A stretch of 62,216 nucleotides of DNA, filler included, from Choristocarpus tenellus KU-1152 (lineage: Eukaryota; Protista; Phaeophyceae): assembly GCA_964200185.2 (NCBI GenBank). It is 6 parts of 6 records of this genome, joined end to end, with 100 filler letters (N's around TTAATTAATTAA, not from the genome) between each part and the next. Parts side by side here need not be neighbours in the genome. Positions count along the whole stretch, not along the records: positions 19,909 to 41,917 come from CAXNAD020000310.1; positions 42,018 to 48,735 come from CAXNAD020007493.1; positions 48,836 to 52,024 come from CAXNAD020021670.1; positions 52,125 to 56,715 come from CAXNAD020013878.1; 2 more parts are not named here. One strand, given 5' to 3'. Position numbers and translations under genes: made by a program. Of the stretch, positions 39,601-52,177 are shown piece by piece (the stretch's first letter is position 1; every line of letters starts with the position of its first letter). Below the pieces are notes generated by a model that worked only from the letters and a program-made list of their open reading frames with translations, did no database searches and was not told the DNA's origin.

Positions 39601-40185
39601 GTTTGTCTCGCGATGGGGTGCTCCGATCCAATTGGGACCTTACCCACCCATACCGTTCGCGTGGTACGGCGCTTGGTGACTTGCGTGTCTTCGCAATATT
39701 TTGTGCAATCCTCGAGAGCGACAGTAGGAGGATCGACTATCTGAGACTGGATAATAAGAGGGAAAGTTGAGGTTGGTACGCTCATGTCCACTGTCTGTCT
39801 CAGCAGTGCAAATCGGGGGATAGAGGGCATAACCTCCTGAAACAACACACCGGGGTTAAAAAAACATAGACTTCAGAAAAATAGACCAAGTAAAGGACTT
39901 TGGAAAGATAGCCAAACATGGTGACCATGGATTGGGGAGAAGAGATGTTGGGTAGCGTCAACCTATGAAATTATCAGAGAAATTCAGACGATCCATCAGA
40001 ACTATCAATCCCTTGTCATTACCCACCATCATTCTGGGGATATCGCTTCTTGTGGAAATGATGGAGAGACGGGGGGTTGGTGTGGTTAACTGGACACCAT
40101 ACGAAGATGGGCGCACGAAGCCAGAGCACAACCCACCCAACGTTCCCAACATCACCACAGCCATGACATCATTGCAAGGAGCCAT
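24664..40185 (-). CDS. ispG: Plastid-targeted (E)-4-hydroxy-3-methylbut-2-enyl diphosphate synthase (HDS/GcpE), three-domain type, ~744 aa, 16 exons: 40185-40027, 39746-39555, 39394-39290, 39011-38865, 38711-38521, 38052-37957, 37654-37474, 37298-37182, 34449-34345, 34185-34060, 33911-33762, 33431-33252, 30397-30257, 29777-29700, 25390-25259, 24798-24664
   Basis: Motifs [61 protein letters not shown], and the Fe-S ligands SCPSCGRT and MGCIVNG-GE. All introns are GT-AG and the 2235 nt are in frame. The N-terminus has a signal-like segment ending CSG-FV. Confidence 0.96.
36588..36730. repeat. 11-bp minisatellite x13, CATCA(A/C)TAC(AA/TT), in ispG intron 8
   Basis: Seen directly. It produces the spurious [11 protein letters not shown] ORFs. 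Confidence 0.95.
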
Positions 40186-41851
40186 TGTCTCCTTGCACCC
40201 AGTCTTCACACCCCCAACACAACAGGAGAGGACTGCGGCAGTGGGTAACTCCAGAGGGTGCTTCCTCTGTTGTAACGTGCATGAACATGAGATGCAGTGC
40301 CCAAAACAAGGTACACATTTACCGTCCTGATGGAAGAAAGGTATAGCTTTATGTGACAAAACAAGTATTTTATTAGTAGTACAAACTCAACACCTTTTTT
40401 TAAATCTCTAAAATCAACTCAATGTGATTGCAAATCATTTGACTATTACTTGATTCTATCTTTTCACTCAGGTGAACGTAAAGGGTGATGCTGGAGGTAC
40501 AGGGTGCTGGTGGAGGTTGCTCTCCCTCATTTCTTGCGATACCAGCTAGGAAATTTGGCAGCGTGCTCCCAACAATCTGCGAAGGGGTTTGGTACCGTTG
40601 ATACTCTGTCCCACGCTACTTTGAGAGGCAGCATTGACCAGTTCTGGCAAAGCACCTAACCAAAGATGGGATAGGAATATATTGGAGGGTTCAAATCTGA
40701 GCCCCAACTGAGATTGGTCGGGTGGTGTGAGTACCGTGCTGGTCATGGAAAATGCCAGGGGGAAATGACGTACTATCGCCAGGAGTTTGATGCCTAAGTC
40801 TGCGAGTACCACGGAGATACTAATTATCCGTAGGAGGAGAGGAAGCCGGTGAGGGGTTGGGCATATCTTTCCCTGGAGGTTACTCTTGTCATCTCAAGCC
40901 TATAGGTGAGGAGGGAATGGAGATATCCACTTTCGCCAGCGCTTGTGTCTGCTGTGTTGGAATGAAAGTGGTTCAGAATGACCTTATCCACAGCCAGGAA
41001 GGTTAGATACTGGTGTGACATGCGACGATGTAGCAGATGAACACAACATGTGATCTACGCTTGGAAGGAAGTGTCAAAACTTGACATGAATTCATGAGTG
41101 AGGTTTGGGCAATGCTTTGCGTTGGTTGTGAACCCTCGATCACCCTTCTCTACTGGAAGGATCACAGTCGGATAGCGGGCAGGTGCACATCGCTTGGTCG
41201 TAATGGTTTACATTTTCGAACATGAAGTTTGTTGCATGTCTGGTAACGTGGATTATTATTGTTGGGGGAGTCACTGGCAAGCGGAAAGGGAGTGATACGT
41301 GGATGACGAAAGGAAGGCCCTGAAACGATACGAAAGGGTTCAGAGGAAGTTAGTGAGAACCAAGTGCCGAAGGAAGGCGAACAGGAGTGTGCACGGTCGA
41401 GGTAATGGAATCTGAGTATGAGAAGCTGGTGATGTTGGTGGAGCTAAATTTTCCTGTGGTAGTGGAAATGCGCAACGATCTGGTTGTCTAGATTTGGATG
41501 AAGGCAAAGGTACTCTTGATTTTCGTTGTTGTCAAGGTTTTGTGGCGACTATTCCATGTGCATTACTCACTGCTAAATGAATAAGAAATAGATTGTCAAG
41601 GATTCCAAATGCTTCTCTTCAAATAGTGGTGAACAGTTGCAAGTGGGGGGGGGAGCAACTGACGTTGTCTGCCACACCTCATAGTTCAGGTAAGCACAGG
41701 TGTTCGTAGTCATGGTGCACTTATTTTGTCGATTTGACGTCTTACTGCTTGCATGTCCTGTCGCCCCTGCCATTAATGCCACACCCCAATTCCTTGATTT
41801 TGTATGCAAAATTGCATGCATATTAAAGACTAGTGTTCTAATTCTTCTCAA

Positions 41852-41917
41852 GGGTCAAAGTATCTGGGGAGGGGGGGGTGTCGGTGTCCGTTTTTCACCC
41901 TTTTTTCGATTTTCACT
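41852..41917. mobile_element. Terminus of a long-type family-A element at the contig end
   Basis: GGGTCAAAGTATCT followed by a G-run. It shares the AAAGTATCT TIR core with the MITE. Confidence 0.6.
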
Positions 41918-42017
41918 NNNNNNNNNNNNNNNNNNNNNNNNNNNNNNNNNNNNNNNNNNNNTTAATTAATTAANNNNNNNNNNNNNNNNNNNNNNNNNNN
42001 NNNNNNNNNNNNNNNNN
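41918..42017. other. Artificial contig linker
   Basis: N44-TTAATTAATTAA-N44. Confidence 0.97.
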
Positions 42018-42205
42018 CGGAACATTGGGTTTTGACCCCCAAATGGACGCGACTCTACCCTCTAAGATACTTTGGCTCGTATACATTTTACCTACTCTGA
42101 AACAGTTTTGGAGTAGATAAAATGACATAATAAAACCGTGGGAAGCCAAGCCCCAAATGGACAAACATTGGAAAACTTATCGTACCCTCTAAGATACTTT
42201 CACTC
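42018..42205. mobile_element. Two partial MITE A copies, apparently nested
   Basis: A right end ...AAGATACTTTGGCTC ends at 42078. It is immediately followed by the reverse complement of a MITE left half ending AAGATACTTTCACTC at 42205. Confidence 0.8.
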
Positions 42206-42749
42206 AAAACCTATAATTTAATCTTGTCAAATTTGAATTTTATTCTTGGGGGTTAGGGTCTGGGTTATTTATGTGTATTGCTATCAGGAGGATCTATTTT
42301 TCATTGTACCAGCCAGACCAATGTATTTGGTCCTGTTTCAACTGGTTGTATAAATATACATCTTGTCTCTACCTATCAAGAATTATGAAGAAAAATCGTG
42401 CTAGAGCACCGGCTATGCAGGTTGGTGACTTTTCATCTCGCAATTATTTCAGTGCAAAGCCAAGCAATGTTACAATGCGCTCCCAGCAGCTTACCTTGAT
42501 GGGATATGTAGCTCCAACCCACATGCCTGTCCACTGATGATGAGACTCACAGATGACGACATAATGGAAGCATGACAACATATGCTGGATCTCAATTCTT
42601 GATCATTCACATTATAATTTGAATGAGGTACAAAATTGGACTGAGGCACACATGACATGGGCAAAGAATGGTCTCTAAATTACTAAATAAACAAATAGTC
42701 AAGACGCAGAACATATAAAAATCTAGTACTTCAAGCTCATAACAGCATT

Positions 42750-45700
42750 AATGAAACCGCCATTAAGACCCATCGCCTGTGAAACCGGATGTACTTTGTG
42801 TGTCACTCATAAGTAGCCCTGTGAAGAAGATAAGGGTCAGGGACATCGAGAATGAGAGAAAAAAATGGCGGGACAAGTCATAGGTTTATAGTCTTTGGGA
42901 GCAGTAAACAAGATGACAAGGGGGGGAGATAGTTACATGTGGATGAGTGGGCCACAATCTTGAAACCTGAATCAAAGGGGAATCGTGTGAGGCTCATAAC
43001 CTCTTGAAGTCTGAATCGAATGCATCGTACTTGTGATCAAAAGGCGTAGACTACGAGCGATGAGGAATCATGGTGTTGCAAAGCACCGATATATTTATTC
43101 TGTTGTAACTGAGGTCATTGATCGCTCACTCAAGAATGATGTGATGTGAATTCAGTGTTCTTTCAAGAGATACTCAAGGAAAGAAGTCCATGCTTTATGG
43201 AGAGGCTTGTTACCTTGGCTGGCAAGGGTTTCTGTGGATGGTTTTAACTCCATGAGATACTCAAGGAAAGAAGTCCGTGCTCTGAAGAGAGGCTTGTTAC
43301 CTTACTGGGAATGGTTTTCACGGATGGTTTTAACTCTGAACACTGGACCCGCGGCTTTGGTGCTTGATGAAAGACAATGAATAGTTTGATGTAGATATGC
43401 AAAGTAAATATTACAAGTGGCTTGTGTTCTCGATTCCGCTGACTGAGTAAGTGGGTGAGATCAGTGCAGACTACCATGTGGGATTTGCAATGTCCACATG
43501 GATAATCAGAAAATAATCATATCTACTTACCATACGTGTCATACATGATATAGCAACAGATGATCCAATATCAGGTCCCTACCATACATGGACTACCACC
43601 ATTCATGAACGTTGTGTGGAGCTCAACTGAAATATACGGAAACATATACCTAGCTCTACCTTTAATCCATTACTCCACCAGTGGTGTCTGCATTTCCTAA
43701 TCTACTCCACTGATGGTTTCTATAGTGTATCAGCAGCGCTATCTACGAACAAAACTTATTGCAGAGTGAGCTTGGTGCGTTATGAGGGATGAATAACAGT
43801 CAAGAACAAATATTAGTCAACAATTAACGTATAAATATCTTCTGCTGATAATAAAAGAAGAGCAAGAGAACAAGAGAACAAGAGAACAAACTTGAATCAA
43901 TATGTGATACAACTCAAGTAACGCATACTATCCCTGTATGTAGAAGGCAGAGTGACTGTTCTGTACTCTGGTGTTCTGATGGTAATTGATGTGGTGATGA
44001 TGAACTAGTGACAGTAACGACCAGTGCGTAACAGACCAATCAACAGTCGGTGTTGACTGGTGGAACTGTATCGTATCAAGGAAAAACCAGATGAGTAGCC
44101 TGTGTTTTAACACACAATACCCAACTAGATTTGGTCACAACGACAGTTCCCTTCGCCACCTTCCACCCTTCTGGGAAAGCTGACACCACCGGTTGTTCCT
44201 GAGTACTGACCGATCGAACTGCTGGTTACTTCTCCACGTGAACGTGGAGATTGCACTACAGTAGACTCTATCCCAGCGGAAATGTTTCTTTACTCTGTCT
44301 TCCTGAGCCATCTCTTCGTAGTCAATGAACGCAACTGTTGGCTCGGTTGGTTTGTCCTGCATTCTCAGATCGTATACCCGCTAGTCCCTGCTGCTATCAT
44401 CAACAAATACCTGAAATACGTGATCCCCTTGATGCCCACATGTAAGGAGCCCGCCAGATCCGTTTATATATAGCTTCACCAGTCTGCTTTAGGCTCTGCA
44501 TATCTTTCATGTACCTGAGAGATTCTAGTTTGCTCTCATTGGAGGTCTCGCACAGAAACTCGGCAGCCACAGCAGCATCACTGATCTACAAGAGCATTCG
44601 TGTTGAAACGTTGAATTTAATGTATCGTTGGTTCACATGAAGTGCCCTGTCTAGAGCCTTGAAGTATTGTAAAGCGAAGAGGTGACTCAGTGCACTGAAA
44701 AGCATAGGTGGAATTCATTGTGATGAATCTTGTAACATGCTCTACGAAGAGGCTGGTTGGACACTGTAAGTTATGCCACTATTCAGTATTGTGGTCCAGG
44801 GTAGTGGTGCATGTTCTGAGTAGATACTTGTTCCTGTCAAGATGAGGTTGTGAATATATATTAACTCTGAATATATCATATCCAATTGTGTGTCGAGGTA
44901 CACTAATAGTAAAGGGAAGTCGAAGTCGGAAGAGGGGGCGACATTTTGCCAACTATTATACGAGATGCAAGGCGTATTTGATCTGTGGGGAAAAATTAAA
45001 GAAACTCACCTACAATTCTTGGTAAACTCATGTGTGTCACAGAATGAGTTTGTGTGTGTTGAGGAATATCTACCAAATCCAGTGATCCAACGTACTAATG
45101 TAACCATACGGAGTGAAACGGTAAGTCATGATCATATATACCCACACAGGGCAGCATGCGTAAGATGTGGATCGATACTAGTGGACGGGCCAAAGGTCGA
45201 CAATAGTTGATGGTGCGGATACCGACAATAACAGAGGGAGTAGCCTCTGTTCTTACTGTTCACTTCTTGAGGTGTTTGGTGGTTGATAATGGGTTGATGT
45301 GTCCAACTCTACTGTGCCAATCCTGCAGTGTGTATTGTGCAAAGTTAGACTCCTGTTTGTGTCAGATTAGAAGAAGAGAGAAGAAAGAGATGGAAGCCTG
45401 AGACTATCCCACTTTGCTCAAACGTGTTGAGATGGTTGAAAAGGAGAGTGATATTATTATAGATGGTGGGGCTTGGTTTAGCACCTGTTGTTTCTAGAAA
45501 GAATCACTAAAAGGAAAGCACTTACAACGTTCACAGAAAACTCCTTCACAATATAGAAAAACGTCTCGAACATATATGGAGTTTCAATCTATAATCAATT
45601 GTCAGTAAATAACCCGCAAAGACATTAACCATTGTCCCGAATACTTTCGGTTATACATGTTACTGTAATTCATATCATATTCTCCACTTTAAGTTGTGTT

Positions 45701-46540
45701 GTTTGTTGAAACATGTTCAACTAGACCTGATGTCCAGATCCTTCTGAGTCTTTGATTATTGTTCCATCTTAGGGCTAAGAACTTCCTCGACACTTGAAAT
45801 TTATCTGGGGGCGAATTTCTTGAGGTCTTTAATTAACCTCACCTCGTACATGAATCCACAATTTTTCCTCCATCTCTGTGTAGGATCGCAGTGCTCAATA
45901 TATGCCAGGGAAGACCAGGAATCCATAGTTCGTCCCTAAGCAGCACCCTTGTGGACTTCCAGTTGTAAGAGACCAACAGAACCAAAGTCTCAGATTCCTC
46001 AGCCCCCAATTTTCTATTCATTCTGAAGGAGCATAGTTGCTTTGTCGCCTGAATGCTGATCAAATCTTCTTAGAGATGTGTGAGGTGGGGGACACTGAGC
46101 ACCATGATTCTTGAAGGCACGTCTCCAGGGTTATCAACTGTACGGGGAGCTCTTCATCCACATGCCTCCATGGAATCGTCCCAATATCAACCACGCCCCC
46201 CTGCCGTCTAGGTTTCCGTCATCTTCGTACCTTTTAACAATTGCCATTGCTTAACCCTTTGTCACTTGGAAAGCAGAAACCGCACCAATACATTTTTCTT
46301 GGTTTATATTGCAGATAAAGCGTGTTCCACTGTTTCAGATTTGATTGTGGGAGGCTCGGGGCCTTTGTATTTCTTCGTTGAGACGCCATGCGGACCATTT
46401 CCTCCAGCGTATCCTCTCACTTATAGTCTCTACCTTTTGCTCTATAAAGACCGTCCCCTTGTACCCGTCCATACAGTTAGCTTCTTCATTCAGATTCTTC
46501 TCCATGTTTTGTAGGCTTGTACCTCTTGCAGATATACTCG
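42750..46540 (-). mobile_element. Degenerate Ty1/Copia LTR retrotransposon gag-pol remnant, interrupted by an insertion at ~44600-45720
   Basis: Minus-strand order: protease-like VVDIGT (~46190), VLLRDELWIPGLPWHILS (~45930), integrase TDLAGS...YFQVFVDDSSR (~44460-44390), then weak RT-like fragments. Integrase before RT is the Copia order. There are many stops. Confidence 0.7.
44601..45721. repeat. ~1.1-kb LTR-like dispersed repeat, copy 1
   Basis: Starts TGTTGAAA and ends near ...TTCAAC. Shares the blocks AGTGCACT..AGCA..GTGATGAATCT and AACTCATGTGTG...GAATATCTACC with copies at 46546 and 61047. Confidence 0.6.
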
Positions 46541-46545
46541 GTAGA

Positions 46546-47670
46546 TGTTGAAATCTTGAATTGAATTAATCGTTGGTTTTTATGCTCTGTGTATAGGCTC
46601 AAGACTTGTATGTGAAGGGGTGACATAGTGCACTAAAGCACCTATGAACTCAGGTGATGAATCTTGTTACCTATTGTGAGCAGAGAGTCTAAGTACTTCA
46701 GAGGGTAGGTCCGTGTCTATTTGGGATCATTAATCCAATGTTGCGATTCGATGAATTTTGACTTATCGTGTCTGTTAGCAAGTGTCAATACCCTTGCTTC
46801 GGACACACCTTTCATAGTCGTATATATATTTTTTGTGTAACTGTGTTAAAACAGAAAACCGAGAGAGAGCAAAAAAAAACGTGGGAAGCCAAGCCCCGAA
46901 AGAACGAACAGGGCGAGGCTCCTACCCTCTTAAATGTTCAGGGTCAGGGTCAGATTGAATACTGTAGTGTGTTGTGCTGTTCCACATTGTATTTAAGGAA
47001 AAGGCACATGCTCTGTGTGCAGAGGCTTGTTACCTTGTGTGAAGAAGATTGTGTGAACGTACTAACTCTGAATATATTTAGAAAAAGGAAAAATAATCCA
47101 CTGTTGTTTCTCCTATGACAAATATTAGAGACACCTGAGTCTAATTCTGAGTCAACTCATGTGTGCACTCACAGAGTTTGTATGTAGAAGAATATCTACC
47201 TACAGGGATCAAGCGTACTATACCTACACATGCTGAAAGGTACGCCACGATTGCATATTGTGTAGAGCGGTACGCGTGTGATCTAGTTCCTCCTTAACAC
47301 ACTAAGCGACCAGTACTAGTGGGCGAATCAATAGTCAAAACTAGTTGGTGGTACTATACTGTATCTATGAGGTAAGAAGAGAGAAGCCTATGTTTTGACG
47401 GTAGACTTTTTTTTAATGTAATAGGTCGTGTGGACTTGATCAGGAGAAAAGTCAAGAATAGAAGACGAGAGCCTCACTCACACGCACGTCCTTTGGAAAC
47501 CGCGAACAAATGGTTGCAGGATATAATAGTGACGTAGGGGTTTACCCTCGTTCATGTGTCTTCTCTATATTAATCTCACTAAAAATAATTATCCCTTGCC
47601 GTTAATATGTAGTCACCACTCATGACGTACCTTCTTTCCCAACAATCACACTAACATTTTTGATGTTCAA
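46546..47670. repeat. LTR-like dispersed repeat, copy 2 (contains a MITE A insertion)
   Basis: Starts TGTTGAAATCTTGAATT and has the same internal blocks as copy 1. The right boundary is approximate. Confidence 0.6.
46685..46951. mobile_element. MITE family A, diverged copy, reverse orientation
   Basis: GAGTCTAAGTACTTCAGAGGGTA ... TACCCTCTTAAATGTTCAGGGTC(AGGGTC). Contains GGGAAGCCAAGCCCC. Flanked by AGA/AGA. Confidence 0.8.
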
Positions 47671-47713
47671 TGTTTAGAAGTGCAAATGATGTCCTGCCAA
47701 TAAGTTGGTCATA

Positions 47714-47981
47714 GACCCAAAGCATCTAAGAGGGTAGGAGTCCGCCCTGTTTGTCTGTTCGAAGATTGGCTTCCCACAGGATTTTTATGCCCTTTTCGGT
47801 TTTCTGTGTGAACATTTCGGATTTCGGAGTAGGTAAAATGTATTGAAGTATGGAACAGGTGTCCAGAGCAAGGATATTGACAGTTGCTAACAAACACGAT
47901 AGTCAAAATGAATCGAAATCGCAACATTGAATTTATGACCCCGAACGGATTTGGCCCTACCCTCTTAAATGCTTTGGGTAC
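47714..47981. mobile_element. MITE family A, variant-TIR copy
   Basis: GACCCAAAGCATCTAAGAGGGTAG ... CTACCCTCTTAAATGCTTTGGGTAC. The interior is homologous to 7042-7304. Flanked by ATA/ATA. Confidence 0.85.
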
Positions 47982-48735
47982 ATATGGAAACAGGCTACGA
48001 CTATCAAACTCGTATAGCCTTCAGTATGAATACCAGACAGAAATCAACCAGCAAGGGCGCACAACCTCAACAGTTAATACATATAGTCACTCACATGGTA
48101 CACATTCCTAGTTTTATTTCCAAACATCAGTTACATCTCATGGACTAAAGTCTAACAACATAGGCCCACATATACACAATAAAAAAAAACTCTTCACAAG
48201 TCCCATTTTGGCACAGTAGTAGTAGGAACACCTTCTCTAGATGGTTCCTGCTCCTCACGAGTTTAATAAATCTTTTTACGTTTTATTGTCTACAGCATTC
48301 CACCAGTCTAGATTCCAAAGCATTGCACAAACTCAAACAAATACGTTGTGACAATCTTGCTGAGAGACAATCCAGTCAAGCACTTGAGTCTCCCACTTTC
48401 CATGACCAGGATGGGGTACTGCAGAGGCCAACGTGGGTAACAGGGGCGTCTGCGCTGGGTGGGGGAGGCAGACGAGGGTAAGCTTTGCCAGGTGGCAACC
48501 ATTATGCTCCAGAAACGCCAGGGAAAAAAGTGAGGTGTACCAAGTCCAAGAAGTAAACCTAAGGACTGAGCAGGGAGAAAATAGGAGAAAGAGAAGATCC
48601 TCTAATAAGCAGTTACAGGTTTCCAGCAGCATTAGGAGAAAAGGCACAAGGGGGGCTATACAGGGGGACAAGAAGGTAGAGAAGCTCCAGTAATTTGCGA
48701 CTGCGTCAGGGTAGAAGGGGGAGACGTGACAAGGG

Positions 48736-48835
48736 NNNNNNNNNNNNNNNNNNNNNNNNNNNNNNNNNNNNNNNNNNNNTTAATTAATTAANNNNNNNNN
48801 NNNNNNNNNNNNNNNNNNNNNNNNNNNNNNNNNNN
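48736..48835. other. Artificial contig linker
   Basis: N44-TTAATTAATTAA-N44. Confidence 0.97.
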
Positions 48836-48944
48836 ACTCCGAAACATCTTGGAGTAGGAAGACGTCATACAAGTACTCCATGGGAAGCCAAGCCCCAAAT
48901 GGACAAACAGGGCAAAAATCGTACCCTCTAAGATACTTTCACTC
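48836..48944. mobile_element. Partial MITE A copy at the contig start
   Basis: GGGAAGCCAAGCCCCAAATGGACAAACAGGGC...TACCCTCTAAGATACTTTCACTC. Confidence 0.85.
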
Positions 48945-49266
48945 CAATGCAAACTTGCTGTTATTAGTTGCCCAAACACCTTGTAAGACAGACTGCTTCC
49001 TGATAGTGTACAACGGGCTGTGTGAGAGACAGGTCATGTAGCGGTCTTCCGGCGAAGTGCATGCGTACTTCCTACCATCCCGATAACTTGGTGTTTGTTT
49101 TGAACGTAGCAATAAAAAACATATCCCAATACTAACATCTGTTGATACCCAGACTACTTTTTGTTTCTAACCAACCTGATACGTGTTAACAAACGGCATT
49201 TTTTTTTTAACTCTGAGCAGATTTATTTGATTAGTTCACGTGACGTTGCTGTCCCCCATTCGCCAG

Positions 49267-52024
49267 ATCATCAAAGCGGATCGGCTGGTCATCGCCAACA
49301 GCACCAGCAACGCCATGCGGGCCAAAGCCGACGGCAAACCTCTCGGCTTCGTGTTCATGTCCGTAGACGCCACGAAGCAGACAGCACATGCCCTCCCTGC
49401 ACTTTACCCACCTACGCACGGCGGTGACAGGTAACCACACGCACGCACAGTCCATCCGACAAGAACTTTGCAGTCGCACGCGGAACAGAATAGACGACCA
49501 TGTTTTATCCTACGGATGAATGCAAAGTCCCAAGAAATAATCGCCAAAATAAACTCACATAATTCCACTACCTATTCCGTTCATCATGATGACCTTTCTT
49601 TACATGTTCCTTTCGTTCATGTCCCCCTTATCAGGAGCTACTCCGAGCGCCAGAAGATCATGGCCGCACACGTCGAAGGCCAGTTCGCTGAGGTGTTCTT
49701 CACTCCTATCAATCTTGGAGGAGGTACGTATTGTAGAGTAGCGTAAGAACTAATCAACGGGTAGTGGAGATCGCAGACATGTAAATCAGTCGTATGGGTG
49801 TATGTCCTCTACATGGCATAAACAAATTACATTACCCCTCTTTTTAGCTCCAAATAAACAATGCGTAAATGAGCAGAATACTTTTTACCAACAGTTGTTG
49901 AACATCATTGTTCGCGCAGGTTGTAACCTTCTCTGCACAGCCACCAACCTTGCCCTCACAAGGCTTATCGACAAGTACCACAAAAGCTTCAATGACTCGG
50001 GGAATTGCATCATCCAGCACGCGCATTGGCAGGTAAGAAGGTTTTATCCTGACACGACCTACTCAACACATACTCTCTGAATACCAGTCACCAAGTAACT
50101 AACTGCACGGTCTTTAGTTTTGGTTTGTGTGTTGCAACCTGCATATATGATGGCGTTGATGTAGAGATTGCGCTCTAGCAATACTGGAAACCTACCCTGC
50201 TCCTCCAAGAAACGCGGCGAAATGGGCTGACATATTGGCCTCACGCCCATCCCTCCTTCGCTCCCAACTCCCCAAACTGACCAGGTCGACAACTACGTCT
50301 CAGAGAACAAGAACAATTTCTTTCTCGGATACGCGGAGCTGTTGGTTGCGGCGAGTGTCGTTCGTGTTGTCGAGATACATTTAATGATGGTGGGGCACAC
50401 GCACATCAAAATCGATCAGATCTTCTCCAGGTAATTAGGCAAGATATATATGCAAGTTCGATAGCCACATGGTGTTCTTATATGGACAGATACAGCCTCG
50501 AGGCTTGCAGTCCTCGCTTGTTGCATTCCTGGAAGTTTTATGGTCGTACGCTGTAATTGATCGATTGGCTTTTGATTTCCCCACAACGAAATTTACCGAT
50601 AAGAGCAGCTGCCAAAACAGTTTCGTAACATACTCTCGAAACAATACAATGAAAAAAAATGTACGCATCACCCAATTTTGTATTGATTTTTCAAAATACA
50701 TGCATCAGAGCATGTGCCTGCATATATATCCTGCTTATCCACTTCACTTCTTTCGCCCCCGCCTCGAAATTAACTTGCTTGCATTTCACCTTCAGGTTCT
50801 CACGTGGAATAAAAGGGAAAAACATATTCACCAGAACACAGCTGGGTGAAGAGCTGCAGGCCTCCTACACGGAGGTTCCAGTATACTACAAGACCCTGCG
50901 AAACAAGGGCAATTTCAAGGGACTTCTTCGTGGTCGCATCAACCGTGTACCCAACATCACGAGCTACAGGGCTTTTCGCGTTGAAAAAGGCGGTGATGGG
51001 CGGGTGAAGGTTAGCGTAAAGAGATACATGCACAACACAGAATGGAATGGGATAGGCGGAGACCTTGCTATGGACCCCAACGCCCCTCCGCACGACCTCT
51101 TCATTGGCCACCCGCCTTGTATCCAAGATGCACCACCCTACCAGCTCAAGAGAGTTCCCAAAGACGTCACCCTGAAGGTGGAGCAGCGGTACCAGGCGTC
51201 GCACGAGCGCCTCTCTGCTGCGTACCCACTGGGTAAGTCGATTTTTTCGTGAGGGGAGTTGATAGCTAATTTTGGTACGGTGGCAGCCAAAAAAATCAGG
51301 TGCAACTTTTGTACAAGGCAGCATTTGCAGCCTTTAGAAAAAAAATCTTGAAAAATATTGCATTCTCATGTGTAGTGATCGTCACATGTTACAATAAAAA
51401 TTACCATAGATTACTCCCCATAAATGTTTTTAGGGTACCGGTTTTGTACTCAACAGAGACGATTCCGACGAAATATACACCCTCCCTCTCACCGCAGGCT
51501 CCCCGAGCGCATTCGTGAAACCTCACGCCTGGTAACAAAGTAACATTCATGCATCCATACCGTTGATGTCCTCGTGCTCATGGATTCCACCCTCGCAGAC
51601 GATGAAGCCGTTCAGAGAGCGAAACATGAGCAAAGCGAGTCTGTGCGACTTCTCCAAAAGACAGGGGAACGAGATTTCGACCTCCCAGTCCATTGGCTTA
51701 CCACCGATGACGATAGCGCTGAAACTAGCACCGGCGACGTCAAAGACAACGACCAGGGCGAACGTTTGGGTGGGGGGGATAATCTCGTCAGCGGTGACAA
51801 TGATCTCGGCGGGCTCGAGGAAACACACTCTTCCTCATCGGACAGTGACAAGGAAGAACCTGGCTCCCGTCGACGGAGTTGGCTTCGTACTACGTTGACA
51901 TTGGGGAACCATGGAAACCTAGTCTCAGTACAGGAAGGCAGGTTTGCCTTTTTTGTGGCAACGGAGGCGCCGCTCTTGGTCGGCAAGATCCTAGCGGAGC
52001 GCGTCGGCGAGTACGGGGAGCGTG
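49267..52024 (+). CDS. Intron-containing DDD-type transposase-like protein (DUF7869/Sola-related), partial; exons 49267-49430, 49635-49723, 49920-50032, 50285-50430, 50796-51232, plus an unresolved 3' part to 52024
   Basis: The five exons splice in phase through GT-AG introns. Motifs FMSVDATKQ..ALP, HWQVDNYVSENKNNF and MMVGHTHIKIDQIFSR give a putative D-D-D triad. The junction into the acidic 51574 ORF does not resolve cleanly. The family name is assigned from motif memory, not from a search. Confidence 0.75.
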
Positions 52025-52124
52025 NNNNNNNNNNNNNNNNNNNNNNNNNNNNNNNNNNNNNNNNNNNNTTAATTAATTAANNNNNNNNNNNNNNNNNNNN
52101 NNNNNNNNNNNNNNNNNNNNNNNN
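52025..52124. other. Artificial contig linker
   Basis: N44-TTAATTAATTAA-N44. Confidence 0.97.
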
Positions 52125-52177
52125 CGAAACGGCCGCCACCCCACAAACCCCCCCCCCCCCCCCAGATACTTTGACTC
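52125..52177. mobile_element. Terminus of a long-type family-A element
   Basis: C-run followed by AGATACTTTGACTC (rc GAGTCAAAGTATCTGGGG...). Confidence 0.65.

Noticed and set aside
2502-40185. PIG-L, ycf23, PDHA and ispG as a functional gene cluster
   Set aside because: They belong to different pathways and compartments (ER, plastid, mitochondrion), and ispG is on a different contig across an artificial linker.
40480-41560. Minus-strand ORF fragments upstream of ispG
   Set aside because: Stop-ridden and unassignable. At most a gag-like relic.
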